Origin: Acidimicrobiales bacterium
GTDB taxonomy: Bacteria > Actinomycetota > Acidimicrobiia > Acidimicrobiales > SZUA-35
Direction: 5' to 3'
Length of the DNA: 64,000 bases
NCBI GenBank assembly: GCA_047974625.1
Contig: JBKECK010000068.1
Span: 68,714-132,713 of the forward strand
In this document: piece after piece, positions 52,385 to 62,965 of the stretch
Layout: each line of letters begins with the position of its first letter
Numbering within the stretch: position 1 is the first letter of the stretch
Notes under the pieces: model-generated
Seen by the model: only the letters and a program-made list of their open reading frames with translations
Databases searched by the model: none
What the model was told of the DNA's origin: nothing
Made by a program: the position numbers and the translations under genes

Positions 52385-53358
52385 GCCGTCTCACCGCCGA
52401 CGACGGCGTCACCACCCGGGTGGTCCCGGTCGCCCTGGCGGTCAAGAACCGGATCAACCGGCACTCGATGGTGGTCATGGCGGCCGGGATCGCCTTCTAC
52501 GGCTTGCTGGCCCTCGTCCCCTCCCTGGTGGCCATCGTGTCCGCCTACGGCCTGATCAACCAGGGCAACGAGGCGGAGATCACCAACCAGATCGAGGACG
52601 CCGCCGGCTCCCTCGACGGGCCCACGAAGGACTTCGTGATCGACCAGCTCACCCAGGTCACCACGAGCGACGGGAACATCGTCGCCCTCGTCCTGGGCTT
52701 GGGGGTGGCCCTCTACTCGGTGTCCGGGGCGGTCCAGAAGACGATGCGGGCGGTGGCCACCGCATACGAGGCCGAGGAACACCGATCGGGGGTAGTGCTC
52801 CGCATCGTCGCCTTCGGCTTCACCCTCGCCGCGGTGGTGGGCGTGGTACTCATCGTGATCCTGATCGGGGTGATCCCGGCCGTGCTGGCCAACATCAAGC
52901 TCGGCTCGGCGGCCCGCACCGCGATCAACATCCTCCGCTTCCCCGTGTTCGCCGTCCTGTTCGCAGGGGCGATGAGCGTGCTGTACCGCTACGGCCCCGA
53001 CCGTGAGCCCCGCACCCGGTGGTTCAACCTGGGATCGATCGTGGCCACCGTGTCATGGATCCTGATGGCCATCGGCTTCAGCATCTACGCCACCCAGGTG
53101 GGTACCATGCCGGCCTCCTACGGCGTGCTCGGCACGGTGGCCGTCCTGATGGTCTTCCTCCAGCTCACATCCCTGGCCGTGATCATCGGCGCCGAGCTCA
53201 ACGCCGAGCTGGAGGAGCGGTGGGCCCGGGTCGCCGGGCGCCGACCGGCCGCCTCCGCCCGGACCGTGGCCCAGGTCACCGCCCCGCCCGAACCGGTGGG
53301 CTTTGTCCCAGCCCTGGCCGCGACCGCCCTCCTGGTTCTCCTCGGCCGCCGGGACTGA
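52381..53358 (+). CDS. YihY/BrkB-family membrane protein
   Basis: MAAGIAFYGLLALVPSLVAIVSAYGL...; polytopic; C-terminal VIIGAELNAELE. Confidence 0.75.
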   Translation: MSRLTADDGVTTRVVPVALAVKNRINRHSMVVMAAGIAFYGLLALVPSLVAIVSAYGLINQGNEAEITNQIEDAAGSLDGPTKDFVIDQLTQVTTSDGNIVALVLGLGVALYSVSGAVQKTMRAVATAYEAEEHRSGVVLRIVAFGFTLAAVVGVVLIVILIGVIPAVLANIKLGSAARTAINILRFPVFAVLFAGAMSVLYRYGPDREPRTRWFNLGSIVATVSWILMAIGFSIYATQVGTMPASYGVLGTVAVLMVFLQLTSLAVIIGAELNAELEERWARVAGRRPAASARTVAQVTAPPEPVGFVPALAATALLVLLGRRD

Positions 53359-53404
53359 CCGCCCTCCGGGGGCACCGAATCCGGGGAGCCGGGTGGACTG
53401 GGGA

Positions 53405-54409
53405 TCAGCCCTCGCCGCCGGTGCCGTCCCCCGGGGCCGGCGTCTCACCCCCCGGAGCGGCCTCGGGAACCGGGGTCTGATCCCCGACGACGGGGACGCC
53501 GGTGCCACAGTTCAGCAACGATCCGCAGAGCTGATCGATCCCGGGTGCGGTACCGACCGCGCCGGGGTCGACCCCGTAGGGCCGGAAGTGGGTGGTGGCC
53601 AGGCCGATGACCCGACCGTCCGAGCTCAACAGGGGACCCCCCTGGTAGAGGGTGCCGACGGGGGCGGTGTGCTGGACGCCCTGGTCGGACAGGTCGACGA
53701 TCACCCCGGGTACGGCGCTGGACCCGCGACCCCCCACCCCCGACATGGCGAACAGGCGGAGACCGGTGAGGCGGTCGAGGTCGGCGTGGGTGGCGATCTC
53801 CAACACCGGGACGTCGATGTCGACCCGCACGATGGCCAGGTCCCGCTCGGCGTCCCAGCTCCACAGCTGGGCCGGGTAGCGCTGCCCGTTCTTGACCACC
53901 TCGATGGGTGGGGCCGGGGCGACGGCCGAGGCCGACACCAGCTCGTAGCTGGTGAGCAGGGCGGTACCGGACTCCATCTTGGCCACCGCGAACGCCGAAC
54001 CCAGCCGGAGCTCGCCGTCCTGGCCTCGGGTCTCCACCCGCCACACCGACGGGCCGGCCTGGTCGGGCAGGCCGATCACGCCGTTGGCGTCGGTCACCAC
54101 GTCACCCAGGGGTGACAGCTCGTTGCGGACGTCGTCCACGGCGGCCACCCGCTGGGCGTCGATGGCCGCGGTGGCGTCGTTGAACTGGGTTTCGAAACCG
54201 TCGACGAACCGGGAGACGGTCTGTTCGTTCTCGGCCAGGCGGGCGTCGTAGTAGGCGTAGAAGGCCGCCCCGGCGAAGGCCGCGCCCACCCCCAGGCAGG
54301 CGAGGGAGAAGGTGATCCCGATGACGGTGCGGGCAGGATGCGGTGGCGTAGCTTCACCTTGGCCGGGCTGAGGGCCACGAAGCCCCGTCGCTGCAACCGG
54401 TGCCGCCAC
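53405..54409 (-). CDS. Membrane-anchored trypsin-fold (HtrA/S1C-like) domain protein with a substituted catalytic triad (probable pseudoprotease)
   Basis: TM IGITFSLACLGVGAAFAGAAFYAY. The fold motifs are GSAFAV...LLTSYELV (canonical TNAHVV; His replaced by Glu), ERDLAIVRV (Asp kept) and TLYQGGPLL (canonical GNSGGPL; Ser replaced by Gln). The N-terminal part may lie in another frame (see findings). Confidence 0.55.
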   Translation of the reverse strand: MAAPVAATGLRGPQPGQGEATPPHPARTVIGITFSLACLGVGAAFAGAAFYAYYDARLAENEQTVSRFVDGFETQFNDATAAIDAQRVAAVDDVRNELSPLGDVVTDANGVIGLPDQAGPSVWRVETRGQDGELRLGSAFAVAKMESGTALLTSYELVSASAVAPAPPIEVVKNGQRYPAQLWSWDAERDLAIVRVDIDVPVLEIATHADLDRLTGLRLFAMSGVGGRGSSAVPGVIVDLSDQGVQHTAPVGTLYQGGPLLSSDGRVIGLATTHFRPYGVDPGAVGTAPGIDQLCGSLLNCGTGVPVVGDQTPVPEAAPGGETPAPGDGTGGEG

Positions 54410-54807
54410 CGGAGCCGTCCGGCCCGGTCGCCGGGGGCCACGAACGGGGCCACGCCCGGCTCGGCCTGCCAGGCCCCGACCTGGCCGGGTGACCAGCGGG
54501 ACCGGCCCGGCGCCACCGACGACGGTTCTACCGTTTCGGGTCGGGCCAGCCGACGCCAGCCCGGGCCCCCGTCGTCGGTGGCGCCGGTGTCCGGGTCAGC
54601 CCCGTCGGCCAGGTCAGCCCGGTCGCCCAGGTCGGCGGCCAACGGGCGCCGGGCGGGGACGTCGGGACGGTCGTCACGGTCGTCGTCGCCGGATGGGGGC
54701 CGGTGGTCGACCAGGATGCCGGCGCCGGAGCCGCCGGTCCGTGCCGCGGCCCGACGTTCCGTGGTGGTCTCATCGGCCGGCGGGGCGACGGTGGGGTCGG
54801 ACATGGG

Positions 54808-57087
54808 TTATCCCCTCGGGGTGGACGGCGTGGTGGTGGAGGAGCTGGTCGGGGGCGGGGTACCCCCGGTCGACGAGGTCGGCCCGCTCGTCGGGGGGAC
54901 CGACGACGGCGTGGACGGCTGGGTCGGCGGGGGCCGGGTGGTGGGCGGCGCGGTGGTGGTCGGACGCTCCGACGGGGGAAGCACCGGGCGGGGCAGGGTG
55001 CCCGCGGAGGGGACGCAGGCCCGGCCCCCGCAGTCCGCGGCCAGGGCCCCGGGGGCCTGCTGGCCCCTCGCCCGGGTGGGTCGGTATTCGACCTCGGCCG
55101 GGTCCGGGGTCGCCGACCCCGCCTCGACCGCGGCGGAGCCGGGCACGACCAGGGGGCCGGGAACCGGGAACGGCACCGGCTCGGTGCCGGCCAGGGCGGC
55201 GGTCATATAGTTGCGCCAGGCCGCCGCCGGGTGGGAACCGCCGGTGACCCGCCCCACCCCGTTGACGCCGTACAGGGGCCGGACCCCGTCTGCGTGGCCC
55301 ATCCACACCGCGGTCGACAAGCGGGGGGTGTAGCCGACGAACCAGGCCGCGCTGTAGTTCTGGGCCGTGCCCGTCTTGCCGGCCGCGGGCCGGTCGAGTT
55401 TGGCCGAGGTACCCGTCCCCCGTTCGATCACCCCGACCAGGACGTCGGTGACGGTGTCGGCGGCGGCCTGGTCGAGGACGGGGGTTCCGGCCGGGGCGGT
55501 GTTGTCGATCAGCACGTTGCCGTCGGCGTCGGTGACCCGGAGCAGGCCGGTGGGCTCCACCCGGACCCCGCGGTTGGCGAACACCCCGTAGGCCGACGCC
55601 ATCTGCAGGGGTGAGGTCTCGGCCGCGCCCAAGGCGAGGGAGACCCCGTAGTCCCGGTCCGGATCGATGCTCTCGAGGCCGAGACGGCGGGCGAGCTCGA
55701 CGGTGTTGTCCACCCCGACGTCCATGATCTCACCCACCGAGACGGTGTTGATTGACAGTTCCATGGCCCGGCGCAGGGTGGTCGGCCCCCGGCCGGCCCC
55801 GTCGTAGTTGCTGATCGTGCAGGTTCCCCCGCAGCCGGGCACCCGGAGCTGGCCCGGGGCCGGATACACGGTCTCGGGGCCGATGCCCCGTTCGAAGCCG
55901 GCGGCCAGGACGAACGGTTTGAACGACGAGCCGGGCTGGAAACCGGTGGAGCCCCCGGTGGCCAGGTTGACCTGGCTGGTCACGTAGTCCCGGCCGCCGA
56001 CCATGGCCACCACATGGCCGGTGGCCGGGTCCAGCGACACCAGGGCCATCTCCACCGGCCATTCGGTGCCGGCCAGGCGCTCCCAGGCGGCCGCCTCGGC
56101 CATCTGCTGAAGGCGGGGGTCGATGGTGGTCTGGACGGTGAGGCCCCCCTTGTAGACGAGGTCCGGTCCGAACCGTTCCACCAGGTCGGCCTCGATCCAG
56201 TCCACGAAGTAGGGGTGGGCGGTGGCTCCGTTGGCCGGCCGGGGGGCCACGAGGGTGACGGGGCCCTCGGGGACCGGGCCGAGGTCGGGCACCCACAGCC
56301 GCCTGACCAGCTGCTGCTGGAACTCCTCCTCGGTGATCTTGTGCTGGTCCCGCATGGCCTCCAGCACCATCCGGCGCCGGCGTTCAGCCGCGTCGAGATC
56401 GTTGCGGGGCGACAGCCGCGAGGGGGCCTGGAGCAGGCCGGCCAGGGTGGCCGCCTCGGAGAGGTCGAGCTCCGACACCGGTTTGGCGAAGTAGACCTCG
56501 GCGGCGGCCCCGGCCCCGTAGGCGCCGTCCCCGAAGTACGAGGTCGTCAGGTAGCCGAAGAGGATCTCCGGCTTGGTCATCCGCTTCTCCACCTCGACGG
56601 CCAACAGAGCCTCCTCCACCTTCCGTTCGATGGTCTGCTCCTGGCTGAGGTACACGTTCTTGACGTACTGCTGGGTGATCGTCGATCCGCCCTGGGCGAT
56701 GCCCCCGGCCCCCAGGTTGACCCGGGCCGCCCGGGCGACCCCCTCCACGTCGACCCCGTTGTGCTCGTAGAACCGTTGGTCCTCGATAGCCACCACGGCG
56801 TCGGTCAGGGTGGTGGGAATGTCCCCGGGGCTGACCTCCACCGTCCGGTCGTAGCTCCGGAAGGTGGCGATCTGGGTGCCGTCGACGTCGACGACCACCG
56901 ACGGCACGGCGAACGGCTGCGGCTTCTCGTCGGGCAGGTTCCCGGCCGGGAGGGGGGCTTCGAGCAGGGTGGCCGCGGCCACCCCCAGCATCAGGGGCGG
57001 AACGAGCAGAGCGGCCAGGCCGAAGCCCCCGAGGAGACGGAGCAGGCCCCGGAACCGGGCCGGCCAGCCGGTGAGGTCCGGGGTCAC
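54808..57087 (-). CDS. Class A penicillin-binding protein (PBP1A-type transglycosylase/transpeptidase)
   Basis: GT51 motifs AIEDQRFYEHNGVD and GGSTITQQYVKN. Transpeptidase motifs SSFKP and KTGT. GTG 57087 overlaps the upstream stop (GTGA). Pro/Thr/Ser-rich C-terminal tail. Confidence 0.9.
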   Translation of the reverse strand: MTPDLTGWPARFRGLLRLLGGFGLAALLVPPLMLGVAAATLLEAPLPAGNLPDEKPQPFAVPSVVVDVDGTQIATFRSYDRTVEVSPGDIPTTLTDAVVAIEDQRFYEHNGVDVEGVARAARVNLGAGGIAQGGSTITQQYVKNVYLSQEQTIERKVEEALLAVEVEKRMTKPEILFGYLTTSYFGDGAYGAGAAAEVYFAKPVSELDLSEAATLAGLLQAPSRLSPRNDLDAAERRRRMVLEAMRDQHKITEEEFQQQLVRRLWVPDLGPVPEGPVTLVAPRPANGATAHPYFVDWIEADLVERFGPDLVYKGGLTVQTTIDPRLQQMAEAAAWERLAGTEWPVEMALVSLDPATGHVVAMVGGRDYVTSQVNLATGGSTGFQPGSSFKPFVLAAGFERGIGPETVYPAPGQLRVPGCGGTCTISNYDGAGRGPTTLRRAMELSINTVSVGEIMDVGVDNTVELARRLGLESIDPDRDYGVSLALGAAETSPLQMASAYGVFANRGVRVEPTGLLRVTDADGNVLIDNTAPAGTPVLDQAAADTVTDVLVGVIERGTGTSAKLDRPAAGKTGTAQNYSAAWFVGYTPRLSTAVWMGHADGVRPLYGVNGVGRVTGGSHPAAAWRNYMTAALAGTEPVPFPVPGPLVVPGSAAVEAGSATPDPAEVEYRPTRARGQQAPGALAADCGGRACVPSAGTLPRPVLPPSERPTTTAPPTTRPPPTQPSTPSSVPPTSGPTSSTGGTPPPTSSSTTTPSTPRG

Positions 57088-58052
57088 GGCCCGACCCCGT
57101 CGGGTACAGCCCCCACGGGCGGTTCGACCGGGGGCGCGGCAGGTAGCCGGGCCCCGGGCACGGCCAGGCACGACGGCAGGGCGGCACTGGCGGTGACGGT
57201 GTTGACGGTGTTGACGGTGTTGACGGTGGCCTGCACCGTCCCGGCCCCCGGCTGCTGGCAACGCACCGAGAACCGGGCCACCCCGGCCCCGTCGGTGTTC
57301 CGTATCAGATCGGTGATGATCAGCCCGGACGGTGAGCTCAGGGTGACGGGAACCCCCGGCAGGCCGCTGATCGTGGCCGCTCCAGCGTCGTCGACGGTGC
57401 GGGCCGCCACCGTGACAGCCACCGTGGCCGACAGTCCGGTGTACATGGTGCCCGAGTCGACGATGGTCAGGAAGGGGGTCGTGTCCACGGCGACCACCGG
57501 GGTGGCCACCTCGGTCACCGACCCGGCGTCGACGAACAGGACCGAGGAGCCGGTCGAGGCGTGGCTACCCGATCGCCAGGCCCGGATGCGGTACCGGCCG
57601 CCCAGGGCACTGCCGACCCGCCACCGTCCCGTTGCGTCCGTGGCCACCGTCAGCTCGGCCGCGCCGGTGATGGTGTGGCGCTCCAGGCGGACGGTCGCCC
57701 CGGCTACCGGACCGGACCCGTCGCTCACCGTTCCCGTGATCGTGCTGTCCCCGCCGGTCACGGCCACCTCGGGTGGTGGTGGGGCGGCGCCGACCACCGT
57801 CTCGGTGCCGGTCAGGGCCGGGGGTGGGTCGGCCACCGCGAACGGGGACGGTTCGATCGCCGTGGGTTCGATCGCCAGGTCGATCCCGTCGAGCTGGATG
57901 GGGGCGACCGACGGACCGGTGTTCTGGTAGGCGGCCACCACCGGCCCACGGATGGTCCACAGTCCGAACATGGTCGCCATGGCAGCCGCCCCGGCCACGG
58001 CCTTGAACAGCGGGAACCCGGCGAACGGTGGCACCCCGGACCCGTCGACCAA
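57084..58052 (-). CDS. Membrane-anchored protein with a carboxypeptidase-regulatory-like (Ig-like) domain
   Basis: N-terminal TM, then ITGTVSDGSGPVAGATVRLE...TDATGRWRVGSALGGRYRIRA. A 9-nt repeat near 57195-57230 encodes TVN x3. Confidence 0.5.
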   Translation of the reverse strand: MVDGSGVPPFAGFPLFKAVAGAAAMATMFGLWTIRGPVVAAYQNTGPSVAPIQLDGIDLAIEPTAIEPSPFAVADPPPALTGTETVVGAAPPPPEVAVTGGDSTITGTVSDGSGPVAGATVRLERHTITGAAELTVATDATGRWRVGSALGGRYRIRAWRSGSHASTGSSVLFVDAGSVTEVATPVVAVDTTPFLTIVDSGTMYTGLSATVAVTVAARTVDDAGAATISGLPGVPVTLSSPSGLIITDLIRNTDGAGVARFSVRCQQPGAGTVQATVNTVNTVNTVTASAALPSCLAVPGARLPAAPPVEPPVGAVPDGVGP

Positions 58053-58162
58053 AACGGCGAGGAGCTGAGCCGTTGGGCCCAGCTCCCTACCAGGATGTTC
58101 GTTGTCCGGTGGGGCCCGGCGGGGCCGGCCTCACCGAGCCGGGGCGAACCCCCGTCGAGCGG

Positions 58163-58432
58163 TCAATCGTCGACGTCGATGAAGATGCACTCGCCCGGGC
58201 ATTCCTCGGCCGCCTCGATCACCCGATCCAGGCCACCATCAGGGATCCGGGCCATGCCTTCGGCGCCCGCCGGGTTGGTGGACCCGTCGAACAGCTTCTC
58301 GGAACCGAAGTTCTCCGACGCTTCCTTGACGTAGTAGAGGCCGTCGTCCTGCCCGAAGAACACGTCGGGGGCAATCTCCGCGCAGAGGCCGTCGCCCGTG
58401 CACAGATCCTGGTCGATCCAGACCTTCACCAT
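58163..58432 (-). CDS. Ferredoxin (single-cluster Fe-S type)
   Basis: MVKVWIDQDLCTGDGLCAEIAPDVF...ECPGECIFI. Confidence 0.8.
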   Translation of the reverse strand: MVKVWIDQDLCTGDGLCAEIAPDVFFGQDDGLYYVKEASENFGSEKLFDGSTNPAGAEGMARIPDGGLDRVIEAAEECPGECIFIDVDD

Positions 58433-58800
58433 GGTTCTCTCTCAGCTCCTCGTTCGCCTGGTCCGATCCGGTCGCTCGGGGCCACCGGTCCGGCGTCAGG
58501 TTGACTGCACGGGTAGCCACCGCCTCCACGCCCGGATCCCGTTCCGGCCCGGCTGGGCCGTGGGGAGGCGGGGTGAACACGCCCGGGATCCGATCCCGAA
58601 TGGTTCCTGGCACCCTACGGCGCGAACTCTATCGGCGCCAGGTCAGAATACCCTGAGGCCCGGGCCGAGGAGCCGGCGGTCCGGCGACCAACCGCGCCGG
58701 CGACCGGCCGCACCACCCCGAGCGACGGAGCCCCGGTCGGAGAGCGGGCGGTACGACCCTGAACCGGGACCGGGCCGACCCCAACCGGTAGCGTCGAGAG

Positions 58801-60975
58801 ATGGCTTCACCTTCGCCACCCACCGCGGCGCTGGCCGATTTCCCGGCGGTGTTCGCCCGGACAGGCCGATTCAGCCACGGGGCTCCCCGATCCTTCACGG
58901 TGGGCGACACCGGCCGGGTGTTCTTCTGCCGGTCGACCCGGCCCGACCAGGGGAACCTGGCTCTGTGGACCATCGACCCGGACGGGACCGAACGCCTCCT
59001 GGTCGACCCGGCCGAGCTGGACGCCGACGGGGCCGACCTCCCGGCGGCGGAGCGGGCCCGTCGGGAGCGGGCCCGGGAGAGCGCGGGAGGGATCGTCAGC
59101 TACGCCATCGACCGGGCCGGCACCGCCGTGGTCTTCGTGCTCGCCGGGTCCCTGTTCCGATACGACGTCGCGGCCGAACGGCTCGACGCGGTGTGGACCG
59201 ACGAGGCCGTGTTCGATCCCCGCCAGTCCCCCGACGGTTCCGCGGTGGCCTACGTGGACGGCCACGGGGCCCTGCACCGGGTGGACCTCGGCCCCCCGAC
59301 CGTCGACCGGGTGCTCCGCTACGACGACGACCCCCTGGTCAGCCACGGGCGGGCCGAGTTCGTGGCCGCCGAGGAGATGGGCCGCATGCACGGCTTCTGG
59401 TGGTCGCCCGACGGCGCCAGCCTCCTGGTCACCCGGGTCGACGAGGCCCCGGTGGCCTCCTGGTGGATCGCCGACCCGGCCCGACCCGACCGTGCCCCCC
59501 ATCCCGTACGCTACCCGGCCGCCGGCACTGCCAACGCCCGGGTTGGCCTGGAGCTCATCGGGGCCGACGGCGAGGTGACCGGGATCGACTGGGACGACGG
59601 GGGCGCCTTCGCCTACCTGGTCGACGTGGTGTGGGCGGCGGGCCGGCCACCCCTGGTGGTCCGCCAGACCCGTGATCAGCGCCTGGTGTCGGTGGCGGTG
59701 GTGGACACCGGAACCGGCGCGGTGGCCGAGCGGCAGCGAATCGAACATCCCCGCTGGGTCGACCTCGTCCCCGGCACCCCCCGCTGGTCGGCGTCGGGCC
59801 TGCTCACCATCGAGGATCACGGAGCCGCCCGCCGGTTGTGCCTCGACGGGCGACCGATCACCGGCGACCGGTTCCAGGTGCGACGCCTGGTGGGCGTGGC
59901 CGACGACACCACCGCCCTGGTGCTCGCCTCCCACCGGGACCCGACGGCCACCGTCCTGGCCACGGTCGACCTGGGCGACGGGTCCCACACCGTGCTGACC
60001 CCCGAGGATTCCCTGGTCGGCGCCGTCCTCGGCGGAGGCGGCGGGGCCCCAACGGTGGTGGTCACCTCGGCCACGGCCGGGGTGACCCGGTCCACCAGTT
60101 CGGTTACCTCTCTAGGACCGGACGGGCGGCTCGGCCCTCCGAGGGCGGTGTTGGCCAACCGGGCCGCCGATCCCGGGTTCGCCCCGGATCCGACCTTCCT
60201 CTTCCTCGGCGACCGGGAGCTGGCCACCGCCTTCTTCCTGCCCTCCGACCACGACGGGGAATCCCCCCTCCCGGTGATCCTCGACCCCTACGGTGGACCC
60301 ACGGCCCAGCGCGCCGTCCGGTCCGGCCAGGCCCATCTGGTGTCCCGCTGGTTGGCCGAGCAGGGGTACGCCGTGGCCGTGACCGACGGCCGGGGCCCCT
60401 CGGGCCGGGGCCCGGACTGGGAGCACGCGGTGGCCGGCGACCTGGCCGGGCCGGTCCTCGACGACCAGATCGACGCCCTCGACGCCCTGGCCGAGCGCCA
60501 TCCGTTCCTGGACCTCGAACGGGTGGGCATCCGAGGCTGGTCGTTCGGCGGCTACCTGGCCGCCCTGGCCGTGCTCCGCCGGCCCGATCGGTTCCACGCC
60601 GCCGTGGCCGGGGCGCCGGTGACCCGGTGGGAGTGGTACGACACCCACTACACCGAGCGCTACCTCGGCCTCCCCGGCGACGCCCCGGACGCCTACGAAC
60701 GGTCGAACGTGTTCTCCGAGTCCACCCCGCTGGTACCGGAGCGGCACCGCCCGCTGCTCCTCATCCACGGCCTGGCCGACGACAATGTGGTGGCCATGCA
60801 CACCCTCCGGCTTAGCACCGCCCTGCTGGCCGCCGGTTACCCCCACCAGGTTCTCCCCCTCTCGGGAGTGACCCACATGACCCCCCAGGTGGCGGTGGCC
60901 GAGAACCTGCTCCGGTTCCAGCTCCGGTTCCTGGACGGCGCCCTCGGGCGGCGGGGCGACGGGTCACCGCGGTGA
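58801..60975 (+). CDS. S9-family serine peptidase (dipeptidyl aminopeptidase/DPP IV-like)
   Basis: N-terminal beta-propeller region. Catalytic domain DPYGGP..., nucleophile elbow [12 protein letters not shown], and HGLADDNV...H. Confidence 0.8.
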   Translation: MASPSPPTAALADFPAVFARTGRFSHGAPRSFTVGDTGRVFFCRSTRPDQGNLALWTIDPDGTERLLVDPAELDADGADLPAAERARRERARESAGGIVSYAIDRAGTAVVFVLAGSLFRYDVAAERLDAVWTDEAVFDPRQSPDGSAVAYVDGHGALHRVDLGPPTVDRVLRYDDDPLVSHGRAEFVAAEEMGRMHGFWWSPDGASLLVTRVDEAPVASWWIADPARPDRAPHPVRYPAAGTANARVGLELIGADGEVTGIDWDDGGAFAYLVDVVWAAGRPPLVVRQTRDQRLVSVAVVDTGTGAVAERQRIEHPRWVDLVPGTPRWSASGLLTIEDHGAARRLCLDGRPITGDRFQVRRLVGVADDTTALVLASHRDPTATVLATVDLGDGSHTVLTPEDSLVGAVLGGGGGAPTVVVTSATAGVTRSTSSVTSLGPDGRLGPPRAVLANRAADPGFAPDPTFLFLGDRELATAFFLPSDHDGESPLPVILDPYGGPTAQRAVRSGQAHLVSRWLAEQGYAVAVTDGRGPSGRGPDWEHAVAGDLAGPVLDDQIDALDALAERHPFLDLERVGIRGWSFGGYLAALAVLRRPDRFHAAVAGAPVTRWEWYDTHYTERYLGLPGDAPDAYERSNVFSESTPLVPERHRPLLLIHGLADDNVVAMHTLRLSTALLAAGYPHQVLPLSGVTHMTPQVAVAENLLRFQLRFLDGALGRRGDGSPR

Positions 60976-62159
60976 CCCCGGCGGCGGAGCCGGACGGCCC
61001 GGTCGAGCTCGACGACCTGGCCCATCTCACCCCCGACCTGGCCAGTCTCGGATGGGACGAGGAGCTGGACCGTTGGGCGGCGGGGGAGCCCGGGCGCCGA
61101 GCCGCCGCCGACCCCGACGACGCGGCGGTCGACGCCGAGATCGTGCCGGGACGGTTGGCCCGGGTGAGTCGCGGGTTCTCGCTGGTGTTCACCGGGGGCG
61201 ACGCCCTGCTGGCCGCCTCCGGTTCCACCCGGGCCGCCGACGTCGGCGAGCCGGCCACGGGCGACTTCGTCCTGGTCCGGGTGGACGGGGACGACGGCCC
61301 AGTGCTGAGCGCCATCGCCCCCCGCCGGACCTCCCTGTGCCGGCGGGCCCCGGGCCGCTACCCCGAACCCCAGGTGCTGGCGGCCAACGCCGACGCCGTG
61401 CTGGTCATGCACGGCCTCGACCGAGACCTCAACCTCCGCCGGATCGAGCGGCAGCTGGTGGTGGCGTGGGACTCGGGGGCCCGGCCGGTGGTGGTTCTCA
61501 CCAAGACCGACGTCGCCGACCGGGTCGGCCCGGTGGTGGAGCGGGTGGCCGCCGTGGCTCCCGGTGTGGAGGTGATCCCGGTCTCCGCCGCCGACGGTGA
61601 AGGCCTCGACCGGGTGCACGCCCTGGTCGAGAACCATCATGCCGTGGTCATGCTCGGCCTGTCCGGTATAGGCAAGTCCACCCTGGTCAACGCCCTCTCG
61701 GACGGTCTGGTGCAGAGGACGGGCGAGGTGCGGGCCGCGGATCGTCGGGGCCGGCACACCACTGTGACCCGGGACCTGATCCCCCTGCCCTCGGGGGGCT
61801 TCGTGATGGACACCCCCGGCATCCGGGAGATCGGCCTGTGGCAGGCCCGCGACGGTCTGGACCGGACCTTCCCCGAGATCGCCGAAGCGGCCGGGGGCTG
61901 CCGGTTCGGCGACTGCACCCACGACGGCGAACCGGGCTGTGAGGTCATGGCCGCCACCGTCGTCGGGCTGATCCTCCCCCGCCGGCTCGACCACTGGAGG
62001 GAGCTCAACGCCGAGATCGACCTCCAGGACACCCAGCTCACCGAGTTCGCCCGCCGGGCCGAGTCCCGCCAACGGGTCGACGCCGAGGAACAACGGGATC
62101 GGACCCGGTCGGCCCGTCGGCGCAACCGACCGGGCTCCCGGCGCCGGCGACGCCGCTGA
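60972..62159 (+). CDS. rsgA: Ribosome small-subunit-dependent GTPase A
   Basis: LTKTD, GLSGIGKSTLVNAL, GRHTT, DTPGIRE, and the zinc knuckle CRFGDCTHDGEPGC. 4-nt overlap with the upstream gene. Confidence 0.85.
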   Translation: MTPAAEPDGPVELDDLAHLTPDLASLGWDEELDRWAAGEPGRRAAADPDDAAVDAEIVPGRLARVSRGFSLVFTGGDALLAASGSTRAADVGEPATGDFVLVRVDGDDGPVLSAIAPRRTSLCRRAPGRYPEPQVLAANADAVLVMHGLDRDLNLRRIERQLVVAWDSGARPVVVLTKTDVADRVGPVVERVAAVAPGVEVIPVSAADGEGLDRVHALVENHHAVVMLGLSGIGKSTLVNALSDGLVQRTGEVRAADRRGRHTTVTRDLIPLPSGGFVMDTPGIREIGLWQARDGLDRTFPEIAEAAGGCRFGDCTHDGEPGCEVMAATVVGLILPRRLDHWRELNAEIDLQDTQLTEFARRAESRQRVDAEEQRDRTRSARRRNRPGSRRRRRR

Positions 62160-62240
62160 CCCGGGCCGGGATGAACGGGAAGCCTCCCCCGAACCGGAGC
62201 CCGCGTCGGCCATACTCGGGCGGAGAGGTGCCACGACTCC

Positions 62241-62825
62241 ATGTACTCCCATCGGGACTCCACTCCTTCCCCTCCCCCCGCTCCCGCGTTCCTTCCCCTC
62301 CCCCGGTCCGAGACCGACCCGGGGCGTCTTGGGGTTGCGTCCACCGGCCGATCGAGGTCGCCCCACCGAACCGGCCCGACCTGGATCGGCGTCGTCGCGG
62401 TCGCCTCCGTGGCGCTCGCCGGCTGTGGCCGAACGGCCCCGGACGGGGCTTTCCCGGCCTCCGGTAGCGACCCGAACGTGGCCGGGGTCCAGATCACCAG
62501 CCCCGACGCGGTCATCTCCGTCCCCGACACCGCCGCCGGCGAGGCGGGCACGTCCGAGCCGGCCACCACGATCCCCTCGTCGGTCCCGGCCGGGCCTGAG
62601 ACCAGCCCACCGCCCACCGGGGCCACCGAGGCGGTGTCGGGGACCCCGTACACGGTGGCCGACGGCGACACCCTGTGGGGCCTGTCGAACCGGTTCGGTG
62701 TGTCGGTGGAGGCCCTGGCCAGCGCCAACGGCCTGACCGACGTGGACACGCTCAAACCCGGCCAGCAGCTGGTGGTACCCGACGTCGACACGGTCGACGT
62801 GGAGGTCAACGACGAGTCGGACTGA
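62241..62825 (+). CDS. LysM-domain lipoprotein
   Basis: Lipobox VALAGC, a Pro/Ser/Thr linker, and a C-terminal LysM (YTVADGDTLWGLSNRFGVSVEALASANGL...LKPGQQLVVP). The start is uncertain. Confidence 0.7.
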   Translation: MYSHRDSTPSPPPAPAFLPLPRSETDPGRLGVASTGRSRSPHRTGPTWIGVVAVASVALAGCGRTAPDGAFPASGSDPNVAGVQITSPDAVISVPDTAAGEAGTSEPATTIPSSVPAGPETSPPPTGATEAVSGTPYTVADGDTLWGLSNRFGVSVEALASANGLTDVDTLKPGQQLVVPDVDTVDVEVNDESD

Positions 62826-62965
62826 CTCGTCGTCCGCACCCGGCCGCCGTCCCGCAGGGCCGGACAAATCCTATTCCTGACTTGTCCGATCGGTTTTATC
62901 GGTGTTGTCGGTTAGCCTCGGCGACCTGCCACACCACCGATGACCACAGGAAAGGCTGGCCGACC

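Noticed and set aside
56014-62867. Other long shadow ORFs, such as 56014-57930 (+, 638 aa), 58398-59675 (+, 425 aa) and 60837-62867 (-, 676 aa). The same class occurs elsewhere at 24360-25349 (-), 29885-31135 (+), 40319-41845 (+), 43583-44824 (-) and 49925-51154 (-)
   Set aside because: Each is antisense or off-frame to a gene with strong family motifs (PBP1A, S9 peptidase, RsgA, YwiC-like, Mo-oxidoreductase, GH65, helicase, GNAT). All have the Arg/Pro/Gly-dominated composition expected of non-coding frames in high-GC DNA.
62850-62935. GGACAA/TTGTCC inverted repeat and repeated ATCGGT words upstream of the 1-Cys peroxiredoxin, considered as a possible redox-regulator operator
   Set aside because: It is only a 6-bp stem plus loose word repeats, and I recognised no regulator consensus (OxyR, PerR-like). 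Too weak to report as a feature.
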